NCBI GenBank assembly: GCA_002296285.1 | Contig: DBHX01000046.1 | Span: 14,117-72,311, forward strand | From: a bacterium UBP8_UBA817 | GTDB taxonomy: Bacteria; Margulisbacteria; Marinamargulisbacteria; UBA817 | Direction: 5' to 3' | Length of the DNA stretch: 58,195 nucleotides | In this document: piece by piece, positions 32,081 to 40,838 of the stretch | Position numbering within the stretch: position 1 is the stretch's first letter | Layout: each line of letters begins with the position of its first letter | Notes under the pieces: generated by a model | What the model was told of the DNA's origin: nothing | Seen by the model: only the letters and a program-made list of their open reading frames with translations | Databases searched by the model: none | Position numbers and translations under genes: made by a program

Positions 32081-33175
32081 TTACTTTTGATTAACTAAAA
32101 AGTCTTTGTATTGATCCAATGGGCCTTTGCGATTGGGGTGTTTTAATTTTCTAAGCGCTTTTTCTTCGATTTGTCGAATACGCTCTCGGGTTACGTTGTA
32201 TACTTTGCCAACCTCTTCAAGTGTTCTTGGTCGTCCATCATCAAAACCAAAGCGTAGTTTTAAAATCATTTGCTCTCGTTCTGTTAATACTTTCATTGAT
32301 TTTAATAGCTCATCTCTAAGAATGGTACGAGATGAAAAATTTTCAGGAGACTCCATATTCTTATCTTCTAAAAAATCACCAAGTTGAGAAGATTCTTCAT
32401 CGCCAATGGGCATTTCAAGTGATAGTGGCACTTGTGAGTACTTTCGAATAGCAATAATATTTTCTAGAGATATTTCAGATCGTTCAGCAACTTCTTCTTC
32501 AGTTGGACGTCGCCCAAGTTCCTGCATTAATACGCGTGAAACTTTTTTAACTTTGTATATTGTTTCTACCATATGCACAGGCACACGAATGGTTCTTGAT
32601 TGATCAGCAATTGCTCGAGTAATTCCTTGCTTAATCCACCAAGTTGCATAGGTCGAAAATTTGAATCCTTTGGTATAATCAAATTTTTCAGCCGCTCGAA
32701 TAAGCCCTGTATTTCCTTCTTGGATTAAATCTAGAAACAATAAGCCTTGTCCTGTATATTTTTTTGCAATGGATACCACAAGCCTTAAATTTGCATTAAT
32801 TAATTGTTTTTTTGCGCGTGGACAACCTTCCGCTACTTTTTTTGCTAAATCAATTTCCTCATCTGGTTTTAGAAGTTTAATCATTCCAATTTCGCGGAGA
32901 TACATTTTCACTGAATCATCAATATCCCCTTTATCTAAATCATCTGTTTCAGGTGTTGCTGACTTGGATTTTGATCGCTTTTTCTTTGTTGCTATGGAAA
33001 CATTTTCATGATCTAAAATCTCTTCAAGCTCATTGATTGAGTCTTCTGGAGCAGTGCAGTTTTTCAAGATATCATCTGCAGTAATATACCCTTGATTCGA
33101 ACCAACGTCTGCAACAGCATTGAGTCCAGTATGTTTTTTGCCTTCAGTAATTGTTCCACTCTCTTGAAATGACAT
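32081..33175 (-). CDS. rpoD: Primary RNA polymerase sigma factor (group 1 sigma-70, short form)
   Basis: Regions 1.2-4.2 are present: [64 protein letters not shown], and the RpoD box [30 protein letters not shown]. Confidence 0.95.
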   Translation of the reverse strand: MSFQESGTITEGKKHTGLNAVADVGSNQGYITADDILKNCTAPEDSINELEEILDHENVSIATKKKRSKSKSATPETDDLDKGDIDDSVKMYLREIGMIKLLKPDEEIDLAKKVAEGCPRAKKQLINANLRLVVSIAKKYTGQGLLFLDLIQEGNTGLIRAAEKFDYTKGFKFSTYATWWIKQGITRAIADQSRTIRVPVHMVETIYKVKKVSRVLMQELGRRPTEEEVAERSEISLENIIAIRKYSQVPLSLEMPIGDEESSQLGDFLEDKNMESPENFSSRTILRDELLKSMKVLTEREQMILKLRFGFDDGRPRTLEEVGKVYNVTRERIRQIEEKALRKLKHPNRKGPLDQYKDFLVNQK

Positions 33176-33295
33176 GACGATTTTCCCTCACAAATATTGA
33201 TTCCAAAATATCTATAATAGCAATGATTGATTGGAATTCAAGTTTTTTTAGTTTTAATATCAATTTTTAATCAAACATTATATTATTTATTATGT

Positions 33296-34063
33296 ATGTT
33301 ATCGTCACTTGGATCAAAAACATTTCATCAAATTACCAATTTTGGTAAATTTGTGTTGTTTGCAGCAAATACGTTGAGAGAAATCTTTGGATTTAAGTAT
33401 AAATTTCGACTGGTTTTTGAACAGGTGGTTCATTTAGGAATAAATTCAATCCCCATTGTAACATTTACCGCACTGTTTGTTGGCATGGCCTTCTCTGTTC
33501 AAGTCGTGACTGAATTATTACGTTTTGGAGCCCCTGATTTGGTGGGGGGCGTGGTTGCCATTGCCATTTGGCGTGAACTGGGACCATTATTAACGGGCGT
33601 GGTAATTGCTGGGCGTGTTGGTGCGGCAATCACCGCAGAAATTGGGTCAATGAAAGTCAATGAACAAGTGGATGCCCTAAATGTTATGGGGCAAGATTCA
33701 ATCATCTATTTGGTTGCACCTCGAGTTATTGCACTATTTTTACTCCTTCCGCTATTGGTCGGTTTGGCCGATATTGTTGGTTTTTTTGGGGGGTTATTGG
33801 TCGCAATATCAACATCGATGATTAATTATGTTAGTTTTTTTTCTTCAGCCAACACCATGCTTAATTCCTTTGATATTTTGTCCGGCTTAATTAAAGCCGC
33901 TGTATTTTCATTGGTTATTTCTCTAAATGCCACACATCTTGGTTTGAACGTTCAATATGGCGCACAGGATGTCGGAAAAAAAACCAGGAAAAGTGTTGTT
34001 ATTAGCATTGTGATTATTTTTGGGTTGAATTATGTTTTATCCGTTTTGTTTTTTGCAACATGA
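33296..34063 (+). CDS. mlaE: Mla-type ABC transporter permease
   Basis: MlaE-like TM layout with the conserved block GRVGAAITAEIGSMKVNEQVDAL. Start placed at the ATG at 33296; the track begins at a TTG. Confidence 0.85.
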   Translation: MLSSLGSKTFHQITNFGKFVLFAANTLREIFGFKYKFRLVFEQVVHLGINSIPIVTFTALFVGMAFSVQVVTELLRFGAPDLVGGVVAIAIWRELGPLLTGVVIAGRVGAAITAEIGSMKVNEQVDALNVMGQDSIIYLVAPRVIALFLLLPLLVGLADIVGFFGGLLVAISTSMINYVSFFSSANTMLNSFDILSGLIKAAVFSLVISLNATHLGLNVQYGAQDVGKKTRKSVVISIVIIFGLNYVLSVLFFAT

Positions 34064-34800
34064 TTGAAATTAAAGAATTAAAAAAGGAATTTTCAAGTAA
34101 ACAGGTGTTATTTGATCATCTGAATTTAACCATTAATTCAGGTGATAAAATTGCCATCATTGGGCCCTCGGGTTGTGGGAAGAGTACGATCCTCCGGTAC
34201 TTATTGGGTACCAAGATGCCAGATTCAGGGCAGATACTAATTGATGGGCAAGATGTTACTAAATTAAAATCCAGAGATTTATTGAAGTTAAGGTTGAATA
34301 TGGGCATGTTATTTCAATCCGCGGCATTGTTTGATTCGTTATCCATTGAAGAGAATATTGCATTTCCACTCATTGAAAATTACGGCTTTTCATTGGAATC
34401 ATCGATCAACAAGGTGAATTACGTTTTGGAATTGGTCGGGTTGGAGGGCGTGAATAAGAAGATGCCATATCAATTATCCGGAGGACAGCAAAAACGTGTG
34501 GGGCTTGCTCGAGCCATTATTACGGAGCCAAAATATATTTTTTATGATGAGCCAACCACTGGGTTAGATCCGGTGATGTCCACGAACATTGAAAATGTCA
34601 TTGTTCGACTAAATCAAGTGATGAATATTACAAGTATTGTGGTATCTCACCAAAAATCAACGATTTTGCGAACGGCGGATAAAATATTCATGGTGCATAA
34701 TCATGCTTTACTTGAGCCTGAAACCCCAGATACAATAGAACATACAGATAATGAAATTATTCAAAGTTTTATGAGAGGAACTGAACTCAATGCCCAATAG
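34060..34800 (+). CDS. mlaF: Mla-type ABC transporter ATP-binding protein
   Basis: Walker A GPSGCGKST, signature LSGGQQKRV and Walker B IFYDEPTTGLD. It has a 4-nt overlap with mlaE. Confidence 0.9.
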   Translation: MIEIKELKKEFSSKQVLFDHLNLTINSGDKIAIIGPSGCGKSTILRYLLGTKMPDSGQILIDGQDVTKLKSRDLLKLRLNMGMLFQSAALFDSLSIEENIAFPLIENYGFSLESSINKVNYVLELVGLEGVNKKMPYQLSGGQQKRVGLARAIITEPKYIFYDEPTTGLDPVMSTNIENVIVRLNQVMNITSIVVSHQKSTILRTADKIFMVHNHALLEPETPDTIEHTDNEIIQSFMRGTELNAQ

Positions 34801-36016
34801 AAATTATTTTTATGTCGGACTCATTACACTTCTGCTGTTATTAAGCATTGTTTCCTTGGTTCTTTGGAAAAATAGTGTGTTTACACGGGTAAAAAGCTAT
34901 GAATTAATCGGTGAATTTGAATCAATCAACGGATTATTAGTCAATGCCATTGTTAAATATCGAGGGTATCCTGTGGGTAGGGTGTCAAAAATTATCCCAA
35001 AACAAAAAGCCATTGAAGTTTACTTCTTTATTAATGAAGATTACCAAATTCCAAAAGGCTCAACCGTTAAAATTGTATTTGATGGGTTGGTGGGGGAAAA
35101 GTACATGGAAATTTTACCCAACCCTACAACAGAAAAATTTTACATATCTGGAGATCGTGTGGTTGGTTACTCATCGTCTGGGTTATCGGACTTTATCGAT
35201 GTTGGAACACAGAATCTGATGGAATTAAAATCCATATTAAAGACCATGGCATCTGTTTTTGGAAGTGAGGAAGTGTCATATGCACTCAAAGAAGTTGTGT
35301 TTAGTATGCAGGATGCCGCCGAAAATATGGAAAGAGTCATTGATGAATTATCTAAAATTTCAAGTTCAAATAGAATTTCTAATATTTTAGTTCAAGTGGA
35401 GCAATTATTGGCCAATGTTAATTCGGCGTTAAAGGCCGAAGATTTTGAGAAAATTCAATCAACCATCCATAATTTAGAATCATTTTCTAATGATTTAAAG
35501 GAAATTACTGGGGATAATGAACTAAAAGATTCCGTTATCTCTACCCTTAAGGAAACGCACTCAACGTTTCAACAGTCCAGCAGTTTTTTAAATACACTGG
35601 GTCGTATAAAATTGTTAACCACGGCAGATTTTAATTATAAATTTAGTGATGAAAATTACTTGGTTTACTTTGTGAATTTTAATTTCTGGTTGGATAATTC
35701 ATTCCTTAACTTTGGGTTTAGTAATTATTATAAGGAAGACAAATTAGCCAATGTTTTGCACAATATTCCATTTAATGAACAATTAAGGTTTTACTATGGA
35801 CTGATCAAATCCAGTCCAGGGGTTGGCCTGGATTATAACATTGGGTCGTCCCCGTTTAAAACAACCTTTAAAATGTATAATTTTGAAAACATATACTTTG
35901 ATGTGGGGATTCATTATATGATTACTGAGCAATTGATCATTAATTCAATATATAATGAGTTGAATCAGGATACCCGCTCCATTTTCTTAGGGTTGAGTGT
36001 TATTCCGGGAGAGTAA
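34790..36016 (+). CDS. mlaD: MCE-domain protein MlaD with a long helical plus beta-rich C-terminal extension
   Basis: An N-terminal TM anchor is followed by the MCE core (..YRGYPVGRVSKI..KIVFDGLVGEKYMEI). A helical region of about 150 aa and an aromatic-rich beta-type region of about 130 aa follow. Confidence 0.8.
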   Translation: MPNRNYFYVGLITLLLLLSIVSLVLWKNSVFTRVKSYELIGEFESINGLLVNAIVKYRGYPVGRVSKIIPKQKAIEVYFFINEDYQIPKGSTVKIVFDGLVGEKYMEILPNPTTEKFYISGDRVVGYSSSGLSDFIDVGTQNLMELKSILKTMASVFGSEEVSYALKEVVFSMQDAAENMERVIDELSKISSSNRISNILVQVEQLLANVNSALKAEDFEKIQSTIHNLESFSNDLKEITGDNELKDSVISTLKETHSTFQQSSSFLNTLGRIKLLTTADFNYKFSDENYLVYFVNFNFWLDNSFLNFGFSNYYKEDKLANVLHNIPFNEQLRFYYGLIKSSPGVGLDYNIGSSPFKTTFKMYNFENIYFDVGIHYMITEQLIINSIYNELNQDTRSIFLGLSVIPGE

Positions 36017-36019
36017 TTT

Positions 36020-36865
36020 ATGAGTCAACTTTTTTTAGGCTTAGATCCAGATATCTCATTATTTCCTTCGCCATATATCAATGCGTCGAATATTGATGTT
36101 CAGGCTTGGGGGGAAGACGTCATCCAAGCATGTCTTGGTAAAATCAGAGGGGTTAAATTTCAATCGGCGTATTTTGAAAATATGGGACTCAAAGGATTAT
36201 CGGCACTATCACAGCTAATTAAGTTCAGTCGGGATTTGGGGTTAATTACAATCATGGACGCGAAACGCGGTGATATTGGGTCAACCTCCAAAGCGTATGC
36301 CGAGGCTTATTTGTCAAATACAAATGCCATTGGAAATGATGATTTTTCATGCGATTATTTAACGGTTAATCCACTGATGGGAGAGGATTGTTTGGATCCA
36401 TTTGTTGAGATCGCGCTGAAACATAAAAAAGGACTGTTCATATTGCTTGAAACATCCAACCCAGGGGCCAGCATGATTCTAAAGCAATCGATGAATGATG
36501 CTCAACAGGTAAATATGAAAATTGCCGATTACATTTCATCAATTCTTGGATCTTTGGATCTGTTAAATGGTGATATGGGACCCATTGGGGTGGTGATCGG
36601 GGCAACCAATTCAAATATAGATCATTGGCGAGAAAAATTGCCGCATAGTATTTTTTTGATGCCAGGAATAGGTGCGCAAGGTGGTGAATGGGATACGATA
36701 CGTGCAGGTCTTAATTCCAAAGGGGAGGGGGTTTGGGTGCCAATTTCACGAGGGATTACCCAAGTTAAAAAAGAAGTGTCCAATAAATCCGCTTATATAG
36801 ATGAGGTTAAACATAATATCAGGCATCATTATGATGCCATGCAAAAAACGTTGCAGTTAAGCTAA
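36020..36865 (+). CDS. pyrF: Orotidine 5'-phosphate decarboxylase (type 2, long form)
   Basis: The DAKRGDIGST active-site block and MPGIGAQGG in a 281-aa protein. Confidence 0.88.
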   Translation: MSQLFLGLDPDISLFPSPYINASNIDVQAWGEDVIQACLGKIRGVKFQSAYFENMGLKGLSALSQLIKFSRDLGLITIMDAKRGDIGSTSKAYAEAYLSNTNAIGNDDFSCDYLTVNPLMGEDCLDPFVEIALKHKKGLFILLETSNPGASMILKQSMNDAQQVNMKIADYISSILGSLDLLNGDMGPIGVVIGATNSNIDHWREKLPHSIFLMPGIGAQGGEWDTIRAGLNSKGEGVWVPISRGITQVKKEVSNKSAYIDEVKHNIRHHYDAMQKTLQLS

Positions 36866-36866
36866 A

Positions 36867-37847
36867 CTACGCTCTTTTTGCATGAGGTTTTAGTGCCTCA
36901 TATTGATTAATTAATGATGTTGATCCTATATATAATGGCACGCGTTGATGGAGTTCGGTTGGATCCATGTCCAAGATTCTCTCATGCCCATTGGTTGCGG
37001 ATCCTCCGGCTTGTTCACATATAAATGCCAACGGGTTTGCTTCATATAGCAGGCGGAGTTTTCCATTGGGGTTTTTGTCGGTGCCAGGATAAATGTAAAT
37101 GCCACCTTTTAATAAATTTCGATGGAAATCAGCCACGAGTGAGCCAACATAGCGTAAGGATAGATCTTTTTTTAATTGATCGATGTATTGCTGATTAAGT
37201 GCGTCGCATAGGTTATAAAGGGATTCATTAACAGAGTAATATGATGATGATTCAGGAATTCGAATATTTTCATGGGAGAGTAAAAATTCACCAATCGTTG
37301 GATCATACGTAAACCCATGAACCCCGTTTCCTGCCGTGTAAACCATGACAACGGATGACCCATAAATCACGTACCCCGCTGCAATTTGTTCGGTTCCCTT
37401 TTGGCAGCAATGATCCGTCAGTTTTTGAGCATTTTCTTTTTTCTTAAATATTGAAAAAATAGTGCCAACACTAACATTTACATCAATGTTAGAGGAACCA
37501 TCCAATGGATCAAATAAAATAACATAATCACTGGTTTCATAAGTGTCTGTTTGAACAACCTCCGCCTCTTCTTCGGATCCCATGTATGAAAATCGTCGAT
37601 GTGAGGAAAGGACTTCTTTTACAACATTATTGGAATAAATATCCAGTGCTTGGGCATCTTCTCCGGATGTGTTGATGGTTCCAGAGGAGCCGATTAAATC
37701 ATCATTGAGTCCAGCACGAATGACTTTCTGACGTATCAGTTTTGCAACCACATTGATATCGTAAAGAATATTCGCAATGTCCTGGTTTTGGGAATTAAAA
37801 GTCGTTAAATGATCTAAAAAATGTCGTTCGATAGTTATGATGCTCAT
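36867..37847 (-). CDS. fbp: Fructose-1,6-bisphosphatase class 1
   Basis: The FDPLDGSSNIDVNVSVGTIFSI metal-binding block, YVGSLVADFHR and LRLLYEANPLAFICEQAGG. Confidence 0.93.
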   Translation of the reverse strand: MSIITIERHFLDHLTTFNSQNQDIANILYDINVVAKLIRQKVIRAGLNDDLIGSSGTINTSGEDAQALDIYSNNVVKEVLSSHRRFSYMGSEEEAEVVQTDTYETSDYVILFDPLDGSSNIDVNVSVGTIFSIFKKKENAQKLTDHCCQKGTEQIAAGYVIYGSSVVMVYTAGNGVHGFTYDPTIGEFLLSHENIRIPESSSYYSVNESLYNLCDALNQQYIDQLKKDLSLRYVGSLVADFHRNLLKGGIYIYPGTDKNPNGKLRLLYEANPLAFICEQAGGSATNGHERILDMDPTELHQRVPLYIGSTSLINQYEALKPHAKRA

Positions 37848-38061
37848 TTTTATATAGTATATCGCGTTTTGAAAAATTTGAAGTTGTTATTGTACGAGTT
37901 ATGAAAAAGTAAATATTACCGTTTATGATTTCTGAGGTTGTTAATGAAAGTTATTGTTTTTAACCGGCATCATAATTCATGAAAAAAAGAATGCGTTTGG
38001 TTCATTTTTTTTTGGAACTTAGTTAAAATAAGAAAATTATTGTTTTAAGGAGTTTAGATAC

Positions 38062-38556
38062 ATGCGTTTAAAAACAGCAACTCTGGGATACCCTAGAATG
38101 GGAGAATTTAGAGAATTAAAAAAAGCCGTTGAAGCTTACTGGAAAGGTGAGATTTCTGAAACGGAATTAAATGATGTGGCAAAAGTTATTCGAAAACGAA
38201 ATTGGCAGCATCAAAAAGACAATGGTATTGCATATATTCCATCCAATGACTTTTCATTTTACGATCAAATTTTAGATTTGTCTTGTGCATTAGGTAATGT
38301 TCCTGAGCGATTTAATTATCCAAACGAAGTTGGCCCGGGCGTTTATGATATTCACTCCCCAAGAGTTCCGACGCAAGAAAATATGACCAATTTAATCAAG
38401 AAGGCCGTTGAGTTATTGCCCATCAAAAACATTTGGGTAAATCCTGATTGTGGTTTGAAAACAAGAGGGTGGCCAGAAACCAAAGCGGCGTTAACTCACA
38501 TGGTAGCAAGTGCCAAAGAGTTAAGGGAAGCGTTTAAAGAAGTTAGCGTTAACTAA
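38062..38556 (+). pseudogene. metE: Internally deleted relic of cobalamin-independent methionine synthase (N-terminal ~85 aa fused in frame to C-terminal ~80 aa)
   Basis: [45 protein letters not shown] is the MetE N-terminus. [35 protein letters not shown] is the MetE C-terminus. About 590 residues between them are missing. Confidence 0.8.
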
Positions 38557-38585
38557 GAAATTTCAAATCGGGGGGGATTCTTTTT

Positions 38586-39479
38586 ATGCAAAAAAAACGT
38601 CCCGATGCAAAAGTGTTTTTTGTAACGTTAAAAACATCATTAACGTTACTCGACGCTTTAATCACGTATTTGCCTCAATTGCAATCCCCGATCAAATGCA
38701 TTCACGCGGGTGGTGTTTGGTCTGAGAATAAGCGTTTAACAAACCCAGGAACAGTATTAAAATCCAAGACTCGTTTAAAAGTCTATGTTTGCCCAACACA
38801 GGGGGTTGGTTATTATTTTTCAAAAGAATCAATCATCAAGGAATCGGATGATTGGGTGGTTGTGATGAAAGAGCCATTGGTGACCATAGGCATGGATCGC
38901 TCCAATATGTATTTTAACTTGATGGCTGGACTGAATCACTATTATGGGTTCAAGAACTTGCAATCGGGTGTTCAGCCCATTACACGATTGGATTACCGAG
39001 TCAGTGGGCTATGTTTATTTTCGAAGCATAAATCAGCGGAACGACGATTGTTTATGCAAATGCAACAGCGTCGAATTAAGAAGCGGTATTTGGCCGTTGT
39101 GGATGCGATTCATCCACCGGTGAACCGTTGCACCAATTACAATGCGCTAAATTATCACCATAAAGCCATTGTATCTGAACTTGGAAAGCCGGCGAAAACA
39201 CGGTTTATTTTAAAGGCAGAGAATCATGACAGGCAGCATATTTATCACGCCATCACTAAAACCGGCCGCCGTCATCAAGTCAGGGTTCATGCGGCAACCG
39301 CCATTGGTCCATTAATCAATGATGAATTATATGGAAAGCGAAGTGGGGATCGGCATCGAACCATTGGTTTAATTGCGAATTACTTGCAATTTTACTGGAA
39401 TGGCAAGTGGGAACGTGTTCAATTATCAGATAAATGGGAGCAACAGGCATTAACTTGGTTGGGGCTAGGGGCGGGGTAA
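38586..39479 (+). CDS. RluA-family pseudouridine synthase
   Basis: The catalytic block PITRLDYRVSGLCLFSK (HRLD-type Asp) and the C-terminal KTGRRHQVRVH motif. Confidence 0.8.
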   Translation: MQKKRPDAKVFFVTLKTSLTLLDALITYLPQLQSPIKCIHAGGVWSENKRLTNPGTVLKSKTRLKVYVCPTQGVGYYFSKESIIKESDDWVVVMKEPLVTIGMDRSNMYFNLMAGLNHYYGFKNLQSGVQPITRLDYRVSGLCLFSKHKSAERRLFMQMQQRRIKKRYLAVVDAIHPPVNRCTNYNALNYHHKAIVSELGKPAKTRFILKAENHDRQHIYHAITKTGRRHQVRVHAATAIGPLINDELYGKRSGDRHRTIGLIANYLQFYWNGKWERVQLSDKWEQQALTWLGLGAG

Positions 39480-39580
39480 TTCAATCACTGAATAGCTCAA
39501 AGTCCCTCACCTTTACGATTGCTTAAGACGGCTATTGTGGTTTTCCATTTAAAACGTATCGATGAATCAATTTGCGTGGG

Positions 39581-39638
39581 GAAGGGCCGCTGGTATGAGA
39601 TAAAGGGGGGAGACTCTCCTACCAGACAATGGCCCTTC
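39581..39638. other. Extended GC-rich hairpin inside the ORF-free tract (candidate structured RNA element, family unknown)
   Basis: The outer stem GAAGGGCC / GGCCCTTC encloses the inner stem CTGGTATGAGA / TCTCCTACCAG (one mismatch) and a 14-nt loop TAAAGGGGGGAGAC. Confidence 0.3.
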
Positions 39639-40444
39639 TAAAGGGGAAGGCTAACAATAAGCCTTATGACAATTATCGTCATGTAAAGTCTTAACCTTGC
39701 AAATAATATATTGAAAAAAATTGATGGACTTGTCAGGTCCCTAAATCGGTCGTGGGGCAATAATATCAATCATTTTATGACGTGTGATTTTAGTATAGGA
39801 TAAGACTGTACTTAAAATACCAAAAGAATTTCAGTTATTTGGTATGATATGTAATTGATGAAAGTACAAGATTGAAACAATTGATTTGATGGATACCTAT
39901 AAATAGTATATTCAAAAACTGATTCATGAGTATACGACGAACGCTACCTTTTCCATTGGCAATGTCCGATGGGGATGGACCCCACCACATTATTTTTCAG
40001 ACATCCTTAACTAAGGCAATAGATACCAACAAGGATTAAAAAATAGAACAAGTTAAAGCGAGTGACTTTAAGCAACCATTAAGAGGAATTAGGATTTATT
40101 TACCATCGTGTAATCCAACTTAAATACCCCCCTTTCGGGGTGGGTCAATCGTCGCTAACAAATGGTTCGTTAGTTAGACCTGTTTCTTTTTCAACAGAAT
40201 GGATCGTTTATGGGACACCTGTCACCCGTGTTAGCTTTAAAACCCTGTGAAATTATTTGAGGTTAATATTCGATAATTAATAGTGAATGATATTAAATAT
40301 TCTTGTCATTTGAAATAATATAACTTTTTAATAATAATAGTGATATTCTGAAATGGTTAAAGTTTTATAACGATGTTTAATGAGATTGAAAAAATAATGT
40401 GAGGTAAGAGATTATGGGATTACGGCCAATTAATAAAAAGATGT

Positions 40445-40732
40445 ATGATGGGTTCAGACTCTGTCAGAAAGAGAGGGGAGATCGATCAACAATTATTACA
40501 AAATAATAGTGAGCTTCAAAGACTAATATTTGATGTTCTGACGCCAAAGGCTGCTTGTAATTTAGCCAAGACGAACACGTTCCACTTTGGGCATTGGATA
40601 ACGTTAAAGTTAGAGTTGGAAGAAACTTTTAGGAAATTGGCAGATAATTCTGGAATAAGTGGGGTGCGTTTAAGGATTGATCGGTTTAGGTTGAAACAAC
40701 CCATAATAATTCTTGCGTTATTTTATAGATAA
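40445..40732 (+). CDS. Doubtful 95-aa ORF with a weak F-box-like stretch
   Basis: It is the only ORF of 60 aa or more in 39480-40838. No convincing SD. LQRLIFDVLTPKAACNLAKTN loosely fits the F-box pattern. Confidence 0.25.
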   Translation: MMGSDSVRKRGEIDQQLLQNNSELQRLIFDVLTPKAACNLAKTNTFHFGHWITLKLELEETFRKLADNSGISGVRLRIDRFRLKQPIIILALFYR

Positions 40733-40838
40733 TAGACGGTGAACGTGTCCAGTATCTGTCTGGCATTTAAAAAGAATGAATTACAAAGCAATAAAATCTT
40801 GCTACCAGTTTTAAGATGAAATTCGATATGATGTAACT

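Noticed and set aside
37848-38061. A riboswitch (SAM or cobalamin) or leader peptide in front of the metE relic
   Set aside because: No B12-box and no SAM-I core (no kink-turn or conserved G-rich junction strings) is visible. The short ORFs there (11-14 codons) have no Met-rich content or SD.
39724-39760. GUCAGGUCC string resembling the 4.5S/SRP RNA domain IV 5' side
   Set aside because: The following conserved GGAAGGAAGCAGC segment, the GNRA loop and the complementary 3' side are missing.
39962-39992. GUCCGAUGGGGAUGGACCCCACCAC, reminiscent of a tRNA/tmRNA 3' end (..CCACCA) or of the fluoride-riboswitch GAUGG core
   Set aside because: There is no T-arm GGUUCGAAUCC-type sequence, no acceptor-stem partner and no tmRNA 5' GGGG..GGAUUCGAC. 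The downstream fluoride-riboswitch elements (UAAC..GCUGAUGA) and a crcB-type gene are absent.
40190-40215. ACAGAAUGG, resembling the RNase P RNA CR-V (ACAGAACCCGGCUUA), and AAAGUCC at 39498
   Set aside because: The P4 partner GAGGAAAGUCCGGGC and the CR-II/CR-III blocks were not found on either strand. The two strings are about 700 nt apart, with no supporting helices.
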